Of a stretch of DNA of 64,000 bases, positions 10,029 to 18,072 are shown piece after piece (positions within the stretch are counted from its first letter, which is position 1; every line of letters begins with the position of its first letter). Both the position numbers and the translations under genes were made by a program. The DNA is from an uncultured virus (IMG/VR IMGVR_UViG_3300022822_000015). Taxonomy: Duplodnaviria; Heunggongvirae; Uroviricota; Caudoviricetes. Location: the IMG/VR virus record IMGVR_UViG_3300022822_000015, one strand, 5' to 3'. The notes below the pieces were generated by a model. The model had not been told where the DNA came from. It searched no databases and was given only the letters and a program-made list of their open reading frames with translations.

Positions 10029-11639
10029 CTAAAATATAGTACTGTTATGTAGATTATCCAAATCATCCTCGTCTGGAAAGGTAGCATACGTACCTTCTTC
10101 ATTTTGTACATACTGTGTATTAGTTTCTTCACTAGGTTCAAATGGGCTTAGTTCTGATAGCATAGCAAAAGTATCAGCTACATCATCATGTTTAGATTTA
10201 AACCCTTCTTTTGTAACAAACCTTAGTTCTTCTAAACACTCATTCATGTATTTAGATCCTTTCATTTCTTCAGGAAGTAATACTTTTTTAGCTATTATCT
10301 TAGGAAGAAAAAGCATAAATCTAGATATTTTCTTTTTAGTAGGTCTTATACCTTCTTTAACGTTATCAAAACCTTTAGCTAGATTAAAGAATACACTTTT
10401 TCTTATCATCTCAGCTTTAATCCAAGCTATAAAACCACCTTGTTGACCACTTACCTCAATTCCAACTTCTAAAGGCTTGTACATAGCTACGTACTTAAAC
10501 AGATCTGCTAAAGTTTTATCCATCAGTTGTTGTGCAATTTTACCGTCTACTAAAAGCCAATCTCCGTTATTGTTATAAGCCCACACAGAAATTACGCTGT
10601 AGTCAGCTGTTTTTTCTTCACTAGTAGCAAAGTCAGTTGTTATGTACCAGTTGTAGTTGCCTTTGTTTTTTAGAACATCTTTTCTGCTGTACCAAACTAA
10701 ATCGTCACTGTTAACTAGTCTGTCTTCGTCACTTGTTATTCTAAGCATAAGCTCTTGGTCAAATGCAGCTAACTCGCCACTTTCTTTAAGACTGTGGTAC
10801 TCGTGGTTAATAAAAGAAAAAGGAAATCTATCTTCCCACGCACCAACAAATTCTTCTTCTGTACACGGAAATTTTTCACATAGAGGATAAAGCTTTGTTA
10901 GCCATGATTTAGACTCAGCTGCTTCGTATAGAGGATCTTGCTTATTAAACGGTGTACCTGTCCAATTGATCATACGTTTTTTAGGATGTAAGCACTGTCT
11001 TGCTGCTCTATACAGAACTTTTTTAATGTCTTCTACAATAGTTGCAGATTCTGCGTTTTTGTCTGACATGAGATCGTCTAGCCCTAGCCATGTAGGACGC
11101 TTACCATATTTCTTAAATCCACGAACACCTGTGTTAGCACCAAAACCTTTAACGAAAAACATTTTACCGTCAGCGTTTTGAAACTCCCATTCAGAATCTA
11201 TAAACTTTGTGTAAGGAACATATTTCTGTAAAAATTGTGAATGGTCCCATCTGTACTGCAGGTTTTGCCTCATAGACTTAACACCGTTGTCTATTGTGTC
11301 AGCTACGTACATGGCTACGTCAACTTCACCAAAACCGTCAACTTCACCGTAAACAGCTATGTACAAAAACATGTACTCATGTATTACTGAAGTTTTAGCA
11401 CCACCACGAAAACAGACAAACAAGTTCTGCCTAGATTCAGTTATTGTGTCCAACATGTCATAGTGAAACAGAGGTGAAGTATTTTCTTCACCCATAGATC
11501 CGTTAACTAGTTTAATAAATGCTATAAACTTTAAAGCAAATCTAGTAGGTACGTAATCTTTAGAAAATTTGGAGTAATCAATTTCTTTCAGCTTTTCTTC
11601 AAGATCTTTTTTAGCTTCTTCTACTATTACTTCTGTCAT
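10029..11639 (-). CDS. N4-like terminase large subunit (gp68-like)
   Basis: FRGGAKT, GLDDL, WTGTPFN, TDFATSE..ADYSVI, HDD; start probably MTEV, coupled to the upstream stop. Confidence 0.92.
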   Translation of the reverse strand: MTEVIVEEAKKDLEEKLKEIDYSKFSKDYVPTRFALKFIAFIKLVNGSMGEENTSPLFHYDMLDTITESRQNLFVCFRGGAKTSVIHEYMFLYIAVYGEVDGFGEVDVAMYVADTIDNGVKSMRQNLQYRWDHSQFLQKYVPYTKFIDSEWEFQNADGKMFFVKGFGANTGVRGFKKYGKRPTWLGLDDLMSDKNAESATIVEDIKKVLYRAARQCLHPKKRMINWTGTPFNKQDPLYEAAESKSWLTKLYPLCEKFPCTEEEFVGAWEDRFPFSFINHEYHSLKESGELAAFDQELMLRITSDEDRLVNSDDLVWYSRKDVLKNKGNYNWYITTDFATSEEKTADYSVISVWAYNNNGDWLLVDGKIAQQLMDKTLADLFKYVAMYKPLEVGIEVSGQQGGFIAWIKAEMIRKSVFFNLAKGFDNVKEGIRPTKKKISRFMLFLPKIIAKKVLLPEEMKGSKYMNECLEELRFVTKEGFKSKHDDVADTFAMLSELSPFEPSEETNTQYVQNEEGTYATFPDEDDLDNLHNSTIF

Positions 11640-12511
11640 TAAAATTTCCAAGGCTTATCAGGTGTAGAAGATTTACCAGTATTTGGTATATCCCATACGT
11701 CTTCTTCAGGATCAGGTACTTCTACAAAAGTATTACTTTTACTTGGTATAGGTTTATCCCTGATTTCTTCAGTAAACTCAGCTTCTTCAATATCATCTGT
11801 TTCTATTTCTTTACTTACTATTTTAGATTCAATAATTGTTTTAATAGGTACACCAGCTTGAATACTTTGTTGTTCTTTTATAATTAATTTTTCTGTAGCT
11901 TCTCTTAAAGACGCTATAGCAGATTTAGCACCATCCTCAACTTGTATACTGATAACATTGTCATCAGAAGGTTTAAGCTCTTTAATTAATGTTTCACCTG
12001 CCTTTTGTCTAACGATTTCTGATTTAGCATTACGCATTAACTCAGCTTGGTTAGTTATTGATTCGTACAGCAGATGTCTAAAAATTAGTTGTACAGGGGT
12101 AGTAGCTACTTTTCGTATTTCACTAACTAAAGCAGTAGCGTTATATCTAGATGCTTCGCCTGTTATTGCACTTTTAGTTTGGCCTCTGTCAGTTCTAGCT
12201 TTAAGTCTTTCTGGAAAAACAAGAATATAAGACTCAGTTAAACTGTTACCAGATTCAACTAAAGAAAAAAACTTAACAGCACACAAGTACCCTCTTGAAG
12301 TGTATTTGCTGTTACTGCTCAGTATATTTAAATGGTCCCTGTAAACGTCTAAAAATTCTTCACCGTAGTCAGGATTTTGAGCTAGCTTGTTAAGCTCATA
12401 CACAGTATTCTCATCAATCATGTGTTTTTGTTTAGCAGACAGCTGAGACTGTAAAACTTTTAAATCAAGTTTAGCTTGTTTGGATTGTTCTGATGTTACT
12501 GTTGTTCCCAT
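11639..12511 (-). CDS. N4 gp69-like protein (putative terminase small subunit)
   Basis: Y..AVKF.S, Y...FPER, A.SE.VR motifs; directly upstream of the large terminase. Confidence 0.7.
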   Translation of the reverse strand: MGTTVTSEQSKQAKLDLKVLQSQLSAKQKHMIDENTVYELNKLAQNPDYGEEFLDVYRDHLNILSSNSKYTSRGYLCAVKFFSLVESGNSLTESYILVFPERLKARTDRGQTKSAITGEASRYNATALVSEIRKVATTPVQLIFRHLLYESITNQAELMRNAKSEIVRQKAGETLIKELKPSDDNVISIQVEDGAKSAIASLREATEKLIIKEQQSIQAGVPIKTIIESKIVSKEIETDDIEEAEFTEEIRDKPIPSKSNTFVEVPDPEEDVWDIPNTGKSSTPDKPWKF

Positions 12512-12520
12512 TTCTATAGC

Positions 12521-12976
12521 CTAATAAGGTATGTCTTGTTCTACAAATTCTACTGCTGATTTACTTAGTATGTAGTTGTAGTCTTCTGTGCTGATAGGCT
12601 TACTACCTTTTGGTAGCAGTACTTTATAATTAATATTTTTTATGTAACTTATTACTTCTTCAACATCAATGTCTTTAAATAACTCTGTGTGTCCATCAGT
12701 TTTCTTTTCAGGAACCCATTTCCACTCTGCTAGCAGTTCATGTAAATGCTGTTCTAATAAATAAGGTACACCTGTTTCAAAATCTAACTTTGATCTAGTG
12801 AAAGGAATATACCTGTACGCCATAAACCAAGACCTTAGTATTTCCATCATACGGTCAGTAGATCTAGGGGCGAAGCACATTCCAATTTTATAGACAACTT
12901 CCATGTCATCTAAGGTAAGTTCCAGTATGTAGACTCTACCTACTGAAACTTCTGGTACTTTCCTAGTAGCAAACAT
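12521..12976 (-). CDS. GIY-YIG-like (T5orf172-type) nuclease domain protein
   Basis: VYIL...YKIG....R..E, LEQHLH, DGHTELF. Confidence 0.6.
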   Translation of the reverse strand: MFATRKVPEVSVGRVYILELTLDDMEVVYKIGMCFAPRSTDRMMEILRSWFMAYRYIPFTRSKLDFETGVPYLLEQHLHELLAEWKWVPEKKTDGHTELFKDIDVEEVISYIKNINYKVLLPKGSKPISTEDYNYILSKSAVEFVEQDIPY

Positions 12977-12979
12977 TTA

Positions 12980-13432
12980 TTAATCTACAACACACCAATC
13001 TTCAGACATTATATCTATTACTGTACTGGCATAGGGTATTTTTCTTGTGCCTTCTTCACAATCAGGAATAACAAAATAAGGATAAGAAACAGTCATTTCA
13101 GAGTTTGTAGAGTTACGAAGTACTAAGTACATACCTTTTCCATTCCAACCTGCTCTACATACTTTAGAACCACGTTTAAGTAATTCTATTGCGTGACCAA
13201 ACGTTAAATTACCACTAGTTTTATATGAAGTTTCAAACACATCTTTAGGTGACCAACTGATGTAACCATCGTAAGCAGCTGTATTAGGAAACCCTGTTTC
13301 AAGATACTCAACTAAATAACCTTCATCAGTACCATCTTCGTCATCAGGTAATACCCAACCTCGAAATTCGTTGTAATCTAAACGACTCATAGGTTTTGCA
13401 GACACTAATTTTGTTCCTACAAAAATTTCCAT
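12980..13432 (-). CDS. tad2: Tad2-family (DUF2829) nucleotide-signal sponge with an extra N-terminal domain
   Basis: TFGHAIELLKRGSKVCRAGWNGKGMYL and D.MSEDW; N-terminal GYLVEY...YISWSPKDVFE. Confidence 0.8.
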   Translation of the reverse strand: MEIFVGTKLVSAKPMSRLDYNEFRGWVLPDDEDGTDEGYLVEYLETGFPNTAAYDGYISWSPKDVFETSYKTSGNLTFGHAIELLKRGSKVCRAGWNGKGMYLVLRNSTNSEMTVSYPYFVIPDCEEGTRKIPYASTVIDIMSEDWCVVD

Positions 13433-13710
13433 TAGAAAAATTCCGGCTGCGCTACTGCTCTGGTTGCGTACATTAAACCGGTCTGTAAATCTGTTTTAGC
13501 TAGTGCCAAGAATCGTTCAGGTGTTGAATTTTTAATGTGGTCTTTTTCTTTTTTAGTCATGTCTGGACTGTATTGACTAGATACGTGTTTAGAAATTTCA
13601 ATAAGTACTTCTTCCATTTTAGGACCAAGTGCTTTAATTTTGTTCATTAAGTCGATTTCGGTCTGTGAGAGTTCACGGTATCCAGTAATTTTGCGGTGCT
13701 GGTTGTCCAT
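13432..13710 (-). CDS. acb2: Acb2-family anti-CBASS cyclic-nucleotide sponge
   Basis: MDNQHRKITGYRELSQTEIDLMNKIK and LALAKTDLQTGLM...RAVAQP closely match my recollection of Pseudomonas phage Acb2. Confidence 0.88.
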   Translation of the reverse strand: MDNQHRKITGYRELSQTEIDLMNKIKALGPKMEEVLIEISKHVSSQYSPDMTKKEKDHIKNSTPERFLALAKTDLQTGLMYATRAVAQPEFF

Positions 13711-13743
13711 CTTTAAATCCTGTATAGGTTGTTTAAAAATTAA

Positions 13744-13772
13744 AATATACACTATGTACTTTTTGTAGTCAA
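13744..13772 (-). promoter_or_regulatory. Sigma70-like promoter for acb2-tad2
   Basis: TTGACT-17 nt-TATATT, about 34 nt upstream of the acb2 ATG. Confidence 0.65.
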
Positions 13773-13818
13773 TAATAAACGGATCTTAGGCTGGTACGTA
13801 GAACTAGGGGGTACTGTC

Positions 13819-13908
13819 TGGCAGAAAGAGAGAGATTTGAACTCTCGGCCCCATTTCTGGGACTTTCCCTTAGCAGGGGAACGCCTTAAACCACTCAGCC
13901 ATCTTTCT
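13819..13908 (-). tRNA. tRNA-Ser(GCT)
   Basis: Cloverleaf with long variable arm, anticodon loop CT-GCT-AA, encoded CCA. Confidence 0.92.
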
Positions 13909-13914
13909 TTAATT

Positions 13915-13992
13915 TGGGGCTTTACACAAGTTTTTACACTTACTGGTTAAAACACGTTAACCATCCACAGCTATCAAACTGTGGGATAAAGC
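13915..13992 (-). ncRNA. Non-canonical tRNA-like RNA ending in CCA
   Basis: 7-bp acceptor-like stem, three internal hairpins and C-CCA, but no D-loop GG or TTCRA. Confidence 0.5.
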
Positions 13993-13994
13993 AT

Positions 13995-14069
13995 TGGTAG
14001 CGATAACGGGATTCGAACCCGTGATTTCTAGGTTATGAGCCTAACGCCTTACCACTTGGCTATATCGCA
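13995..14069 (-). tRNA. tRNA-Met(CAT); initiator versus Ile2 identity uncertain
   Basis: Cloverleaf, CT-CAT-AA loop, 1:72 mismatch, CCA. Confidence 0.9.
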
Positions 14070-14099
14070 AACTGCACAGTACTATATTATTTATACTAA

Positions 14100-14173
14100 T
14101 GGAAGACCTGTCTGGAATCGAACCAGAATAAAAAGATTCAAAGTCTTTCGCATCACCATTCTGCCACAGGTCT
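14100..14173 (-). tRNA. tRNA-Gln(TTG)
   Basis: Cloverleaf, CT-TTG-AA loop, GGTTCGATTCC, CCA. Confidence 0.92.
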
Positions 14174-14177
14174 AAAT

Positions 14178-14252
14178 TGGCTCCAAAGGTCGGACTCGAA
14201 CCTACAACCTTTCCGTTAACAGCGGAATGCTCTACCATTGAGCTACTCTGGA
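14178..14252 (-). tRNA. tRNA-Asn(GTT)
   Basis: Cloverleaf, CT-GTT-AA loop, GGTTCGAGTCC, CCA. Confidence 0.93.
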
Positions 14253-14294
14253 ATAATAAAATGTAAGTGCTAGGCGCTAACACTATTCGCACAT

Positions 14295-14330
14295 AAAAAA
14301 ACCCCCAGTACTTTCGTAGTGGAGGTTTTT
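14295..14330 (-). terminator. Intrinsic terminator (attenuator) upstream of the tRNA cluster
   Basis: AAAAACCTCCACTAC-GAAA-GTACTGGGGGTTTTTTT: GC stem, GNRA loop, U7 tract. Confidence 0.8.
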
Positions 14331-14366
14331 GTCTTCTAGGTTTTTCTTTACTTTTAGGTATAGATA

Positions 14367-14435
14367 CTACTGAAGATCACCTCCACGGTGCTGTTTGAAA
14401 TTCGGTTGATGTTTATTGTTAAAGTAAGTTTTCAT
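14367..14435 (-). CDS. Putative attenuator leader peptide MKTYFNNKHQPNFKQHRGGDLQ (22 aa)
   Basis: Short ORF whose 3' part (GTGGAGGT) is the exact complement of the terminator's left arm. Confidence 0.6.
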   Translation of the reverse strand: MKTYFNNKHQPNFKQHRGGDLQ

Positions 14436-14484
14436 TTTTGTACTCTATCAAGTATTTATTGTTTAGTACAGTACTTATAGCAGT

Positions 14485-14727
14485 TTATTTTATCCACACG
14501 TAATTTGTTATTTGAGTACTATATTTAAAATCTTTATGTAGTACTCCTTCAGTAACTTCTATTTTACCAAATTTTACTACTACTGCAGGAATCCCTTCAG
14601 CCCTTAGTTTGTCTGCTAACCAATGAAGATAAGGTCCATTTTCTATTACGCTGTGTGCATAGTTTCTGCTTGGAGCAGGACCATTGTACTCACATTCATT
14701 TATTTCTACTTTTACACTTTTAGCCAT
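14485..14727 (-). CDS. Hypothetical protein
   Basis: 80-aa ORF packed in the minus-strand operon. Confidence 0.6.
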   Translation of the reverse strand: MAKSVKVEINECEYNGPAPSRNYAHSVIENGPYLHWLADKLRAEGIPAVVVKFGKIEVTEGVLHKDFKYSTQITNYVWIK

Positions 14728-14730
14728 TAT

Positions 14731-14997
14731 TTACACAGCTTTAATTATTACTAAATTTGATTCAGCTGCTGTAGTGCCTTTTGGTACGTACAATCTGCAT
14801 TTTACGTTATTATAGTCTACTGTATAAAAATCAGTTAACACGTAAGTTTTCTTTTCTTTTTGTACATCACCATGAACTACGTACTTTTCTATTTCTTGGT
14901 GTAATTCTTTAGCATAACCTAATGGGCCACACCAATTACCATAACCACTAGGTTCGTGTACGTAAGTGTAGATATCATAACCTTCTATCATTAACAA
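14731..14997 (-). CDS. Hypothetical protein
   Basis: 88-aa ORF overlapping the upstream stop. Confidence 0.6.
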   Translation of the reverse strand: MLMIEGYDIYTYVHEPSGYGNWCGPLGYAKELHQEIEKYVVHGDVQKEKKTYVLTDFYTVDYNNVKCRLYVPKGTTAAESNLVIIKAV

Positions 14998-15392
14998 TCA
15001 CCCCAACGTTTAAATAAGATAGCACCTTTGTTTTGATTACCATGTCGAAGTAAACTAGGGGATAGCATGTACACACCGTTATGCACTTTTTTAAGTAAAT
15101 TTTTCTTGTACAGTTTTTGGAACAAAGTAGAAACAGTAGGTACTGTTGTATCACATTCTTTAGCAATAAAAGCAAATGTTCCTATGATACGGTTATTACT
15201 ATCTTTGTTTTTAATAAGCCACGCCAAAACAGTATTAGTAGCGGTACCAGCTACACCAATGTATTCAGCTAATAACTTAGCATAAGACCTTTCCCAATAA
15301 GCTTTAGGAATCTTTTCAATAAACATATCAACAGGCATTATTTCACCTGTACGATCATTTACCATTGTGTACGTGTCTTCATCTATATTCAT
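14991..15392 (-). CDS. RepL-like winged-helix DNA-binding protein
   Basis: IIGT...IAKE...TVPTVS..FQKL...NLL.K..NGVYMLSP. Confidence 0.65.
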   Translation of the reverse strand: MNIDEDTYTMVNDRTGEIMPVDMFIEKIPKAYWERSYAKLLAEYIGVAGTATNTVLAWLIKNKDSNNRIIGTFAFIAKECDTTVPTVSTLFQKLYKKNLLKKVHNGVYMLSPSLLRHGNQNKGAILFKRWGDC

Positions 15393-15500
15393 ACTTAAAT
15401 ATTCTTTAGTACTTATTAAAATCGTATTTTAGCAGTTATATAAGTTGTTGTCTACATTATTATAGTGTTTACTAAAATACGATTCTACTAATGGGTGTAT

Positions 15501-16175
15501 TTAATCTACGTACTCTTGTATTTTGTACGGAAGTTTAAAAAATAATATCCATTCATTTCTATGAGCTACTGCATCTTTTAACTTTACAAATCTGTCAGAC
15601 GCTACTAACTTTCCTTCATGTTTTAGTACAGAAGACCATTTTCCTGTTTTTTTAACTAGTGTTATGCCTACGTACCCACTAGAACTATTTTTATACACTC
15701 TTTTGTTAACTGCTTGTTCTTGTCTTGTAGCCCACGTACAGTTGCCGGGGTTATAACCACCATTGTTGTCAATACGCTCTATAGTCAGTTTTTCTTTGTA
15801 CCCACTGTTTTTAGCCCACTCTATAAATGTCTCCATTGAGTTTGCCCATTCAGAACACATATCTATTCCTCTATTACCATAGTCAATATAGCTTTTATTT
15901 TTTGGGTTAGTACATCTGTGAACCATCGCGTACCAGACTGCTGATATTTTGCTTGTTGAAAGTCCGTGAGTAGTTCTTACTTTTGATACAGCTTCTTTAG
16001 CAAAGCAACCACAAGATGTAGATAGACCTGATTTTAAATTACTACCTCTTATAGTTTTTTCATTACCACACTGACATTCACATAACCAGTAATGAGTGTT
16101 CTTTACATCTTCTGCTCTACTAACAACAGTTAGTCTTGAGTATACGTTTCCTACAATGTCTTTAGTGTTTACCAT
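15501..16175 (-). mobile_element. HNH homing endonuclease with AP2-like C-terminus
   Basis: WLCECQCG, M..RC.N...Y..YG.RGI, IERIDNNGGYNPGNC.W, SSGY.G; start MVNTK after AGGAG. Confidence 0.88.
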
Positions 16176-16619
16176 TACGAATCTCCTGTTAAAGCAGTAG
16201 CATAACATACTAAACAATGTTTATCACTACATTTACTAAAGTCTAATGCCACATACCCCTTAACTTATACAAATATTCTTTAGTAGACACTATTAAATAT
16301 TATAGTGCCGTAGGGCTAAGAGCTAGGTGTGTCAAGGGGTACCTACCTTCTGCTTATATACTCTATGGTCCTTCGTTCCGCTTTGCTACTAACAGCTAGT
16401 TTTCCTCAACTACTTTATCGTAAACAAAGTGCCTTATCATACCCGTTAACAACCACTACATTACTAAACGTAAATTTAGAAGACATTCCAAACTCCTACA
16501 CAAATAAAATTATATTATATATTAAAATAATTTTTTATTAAATATTAAAATAAAATTTATAAAAAATTTAAATAGGGTCGGAACAAATACTAAATTTTTA
16601 ATATAACTTCTAAAGCAGT

Positions 16620-16668
16620 ATATAGCATTCCGCTATATGTACCGCTGGGTACCCCCCGCATTCCGTGG
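16620..16668 (+). promoter_or_regulatory. Candidate hairpin promoter(s) for the virion RNAP
   Basis: Two hairpins with the same ATTCC loop (template strand C-GGAAT-G) just upstream of the first early gene, after an AT-rich tract. Confidence 0.45.
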
Positions 16669-16701
16669 ATGGGACCCATTCAAACCAAAAGGTAAATAAC
16701 C

Positions 16702-17085
16702 ATGAACGTAATCAAAACTGTAGTAAAAGACATCTACACAATCACAGGCACACTGCTAGGAGCAACAGGTGAGATAGTAACCACACTATCAGGTGAGGCA
16801 GCTAACGCTACTAAGTTAGTGACATCAGCTATCACTGCAACACCGGGTGTCATACGTGAGGTAATCAACGCACCTATCACTGCGACAGCTGCTTACCAAG
16901 CAGAGGACAAGGGCATCTCATACGACGAAGCAGAGGCAGCACTAATAGCTATGCTACCAAGCACTGCTAGCCAAGCAGTGAAGGACTCTATGATAGCAGC
17001 AGGTAGGCTATCAGCGTCTCTCATGAAGGAAGAGGAAGCTGCGGAAGCTAAGGTAGCTACTTCAGTCACTACAACTGTAGGTTAG
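16702..17085 (+). CDS. First early gene, Ala/Thr-rich hypothetical protein
   Basis: 127-aa ORF with AAGGT RBS; begins the plus-strand block. Confidence 0.75.
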   Translation: MNVIKTVVKDIYTITGTLLGATGEIVTTLSGEAANATKLVTSAITATPGVIREVINAPITATAAYQAEDKGISYDEAEAALIAMLPSTASQAVKDSMIAAGRLSASLMKEEEAAEAKVATSVTTTVG

Positions 17086-17231
17086 TACACACTCACACTA
17101 ACTACACTCACCAGCTCTAGGCAAGCTATATAATACTGCCTACTTACCACCATGCATACTGTGTACATGCAGTATGTATGCTAGTAAGTGTTACGTACTA
17201 CTCAGTACGGCTTACAAACAGGAGAAATGTG

Positions 17232-17318
17232 ATGAAAGAATCCACCAAGCAAACTATCGTTGAAACTGTGCTGTATGTAGCATTAATGGTAGCAATACCA
17301 TGTATGTTTATTCTTTAG
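17232..17318 (+). CDS. Small membrane peptide (28 aa)
   Basis: AGGAG RBS; MKESTKQTIVETVLYVALMVAIPCMFIL. Confidence 0.5.
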   Translation: MKESTKQTIVETVLYVALMVAIPCMFIL

Positions 17319-17338
17319 GACACTTTAGGAGTATTATT

Positions 17339-17617
17339 ATGTCAGTAAAATCTAAGTACACTCATGGGTGCGGTGTGTGTAGTCTTATAAGTAACTGTGG
17401 GTGTGCAGCAGTATTACAAGTACCTGATTTAACAGGTTATAAATACTCTCATGAGTATGATTCTTGTGACTATCATCAGATTGTTAAACATGATATTTAT
17501 GACAATCGTGATCTTGGTGTGGATAGTTTTGTTGAAACTATTTTAGTGACTTATAAAGCTTCTTTAGTGCTATCTGAAGATAGATTAAATGCTTATTTAG
17601 CTGATGATAGTAGATAG
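17339..17617 (+). CDS. Hypothetical Cys-containing early protein
   Basis: AGGAG RBS before MSVKSKY; CGVC..CGC. Confidence 0.6.
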   Translation: MSVKSKYTHGCGVCSLISNCGCAAVLQVPDLTGYKYSHEYDSCDYHQIVKHDIYDNRDLGVDSFVETILVTYKASLVLSEDRLNAYLADDSR

Positions 17618-17686
17618 GTTTTAAGTTAGTTTATTTAGATAGGTGTTGCTACCACATTGAGTAGCAGTCTATTAATGGAGAATATT

Positions 17687-17974
17687 ATGAACACATTATT
17701 AATAAACAGTACACTTACTGTTTTAAGTATTGACGAAATAGTGGCGAATCATGCTCAAGCAGTATCTTTAGTATTAGTTGGTTTGTATGACATGCATGTT
17801 CAGGTAACTAAGGAAAATAACTCTTTATTCTTTAAGTACATGACAGATCAAGAGATGGATTACGCATTGAGTGATGTTGATGCTGGTACTTCAAGCCAGT
17901 TTAATTACCACAACCCTAATTGGCACTTTGTATCATCATTACGAATAGCTATCAGAGATAGTTTAGAAGGTTAA
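17687..17974 (+). CDS. Hypothetical early protein
   Basis: GGAG RBS before MNTLL. Confidence 0.6.
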   Translation: MNTLLINSTLTVLSIDEIVANHAQAVSLVLVGLYDMHVQVTKENNSLFFKYMTDQEMDYALSDVDAGTSSQFNYHNPNWHFVSSLRIAIRDSLEG

Positions 17975-18072
17975 ATAATGACCACCTAGCTCTACGGAAA
18001 GGGTTAGGAAATGTTAAGGAGCAGTACAGTACCGTGTATACATTCGTATACATGTCATGTTTGGAGAACATT

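Noticed and set aside
14041..14292. 83-aa minus-strand ORF
   Set aside because: Overlaps three well-formed tRNA genes; a shadow ORF
16299..16335. Perfect TTGACA and TATAAT on the minus strand
   Set aside because: Spacing is 25 nt, not about 17, so not one sigma70 promoter
16329..16541. 70-aa plus-strand ORF in the divergence region
   Set aside because: No RBS, runs into a low-complexity AT tract, no recognisable motifs
16317..17995. Recurring CTAGCTCT/CAGCTCT motif near 16320, 17112 and 17987 as a phage promoter
   Set aside because: Only 7-9 nt, mixed orientation and no consistent distance to gene starts
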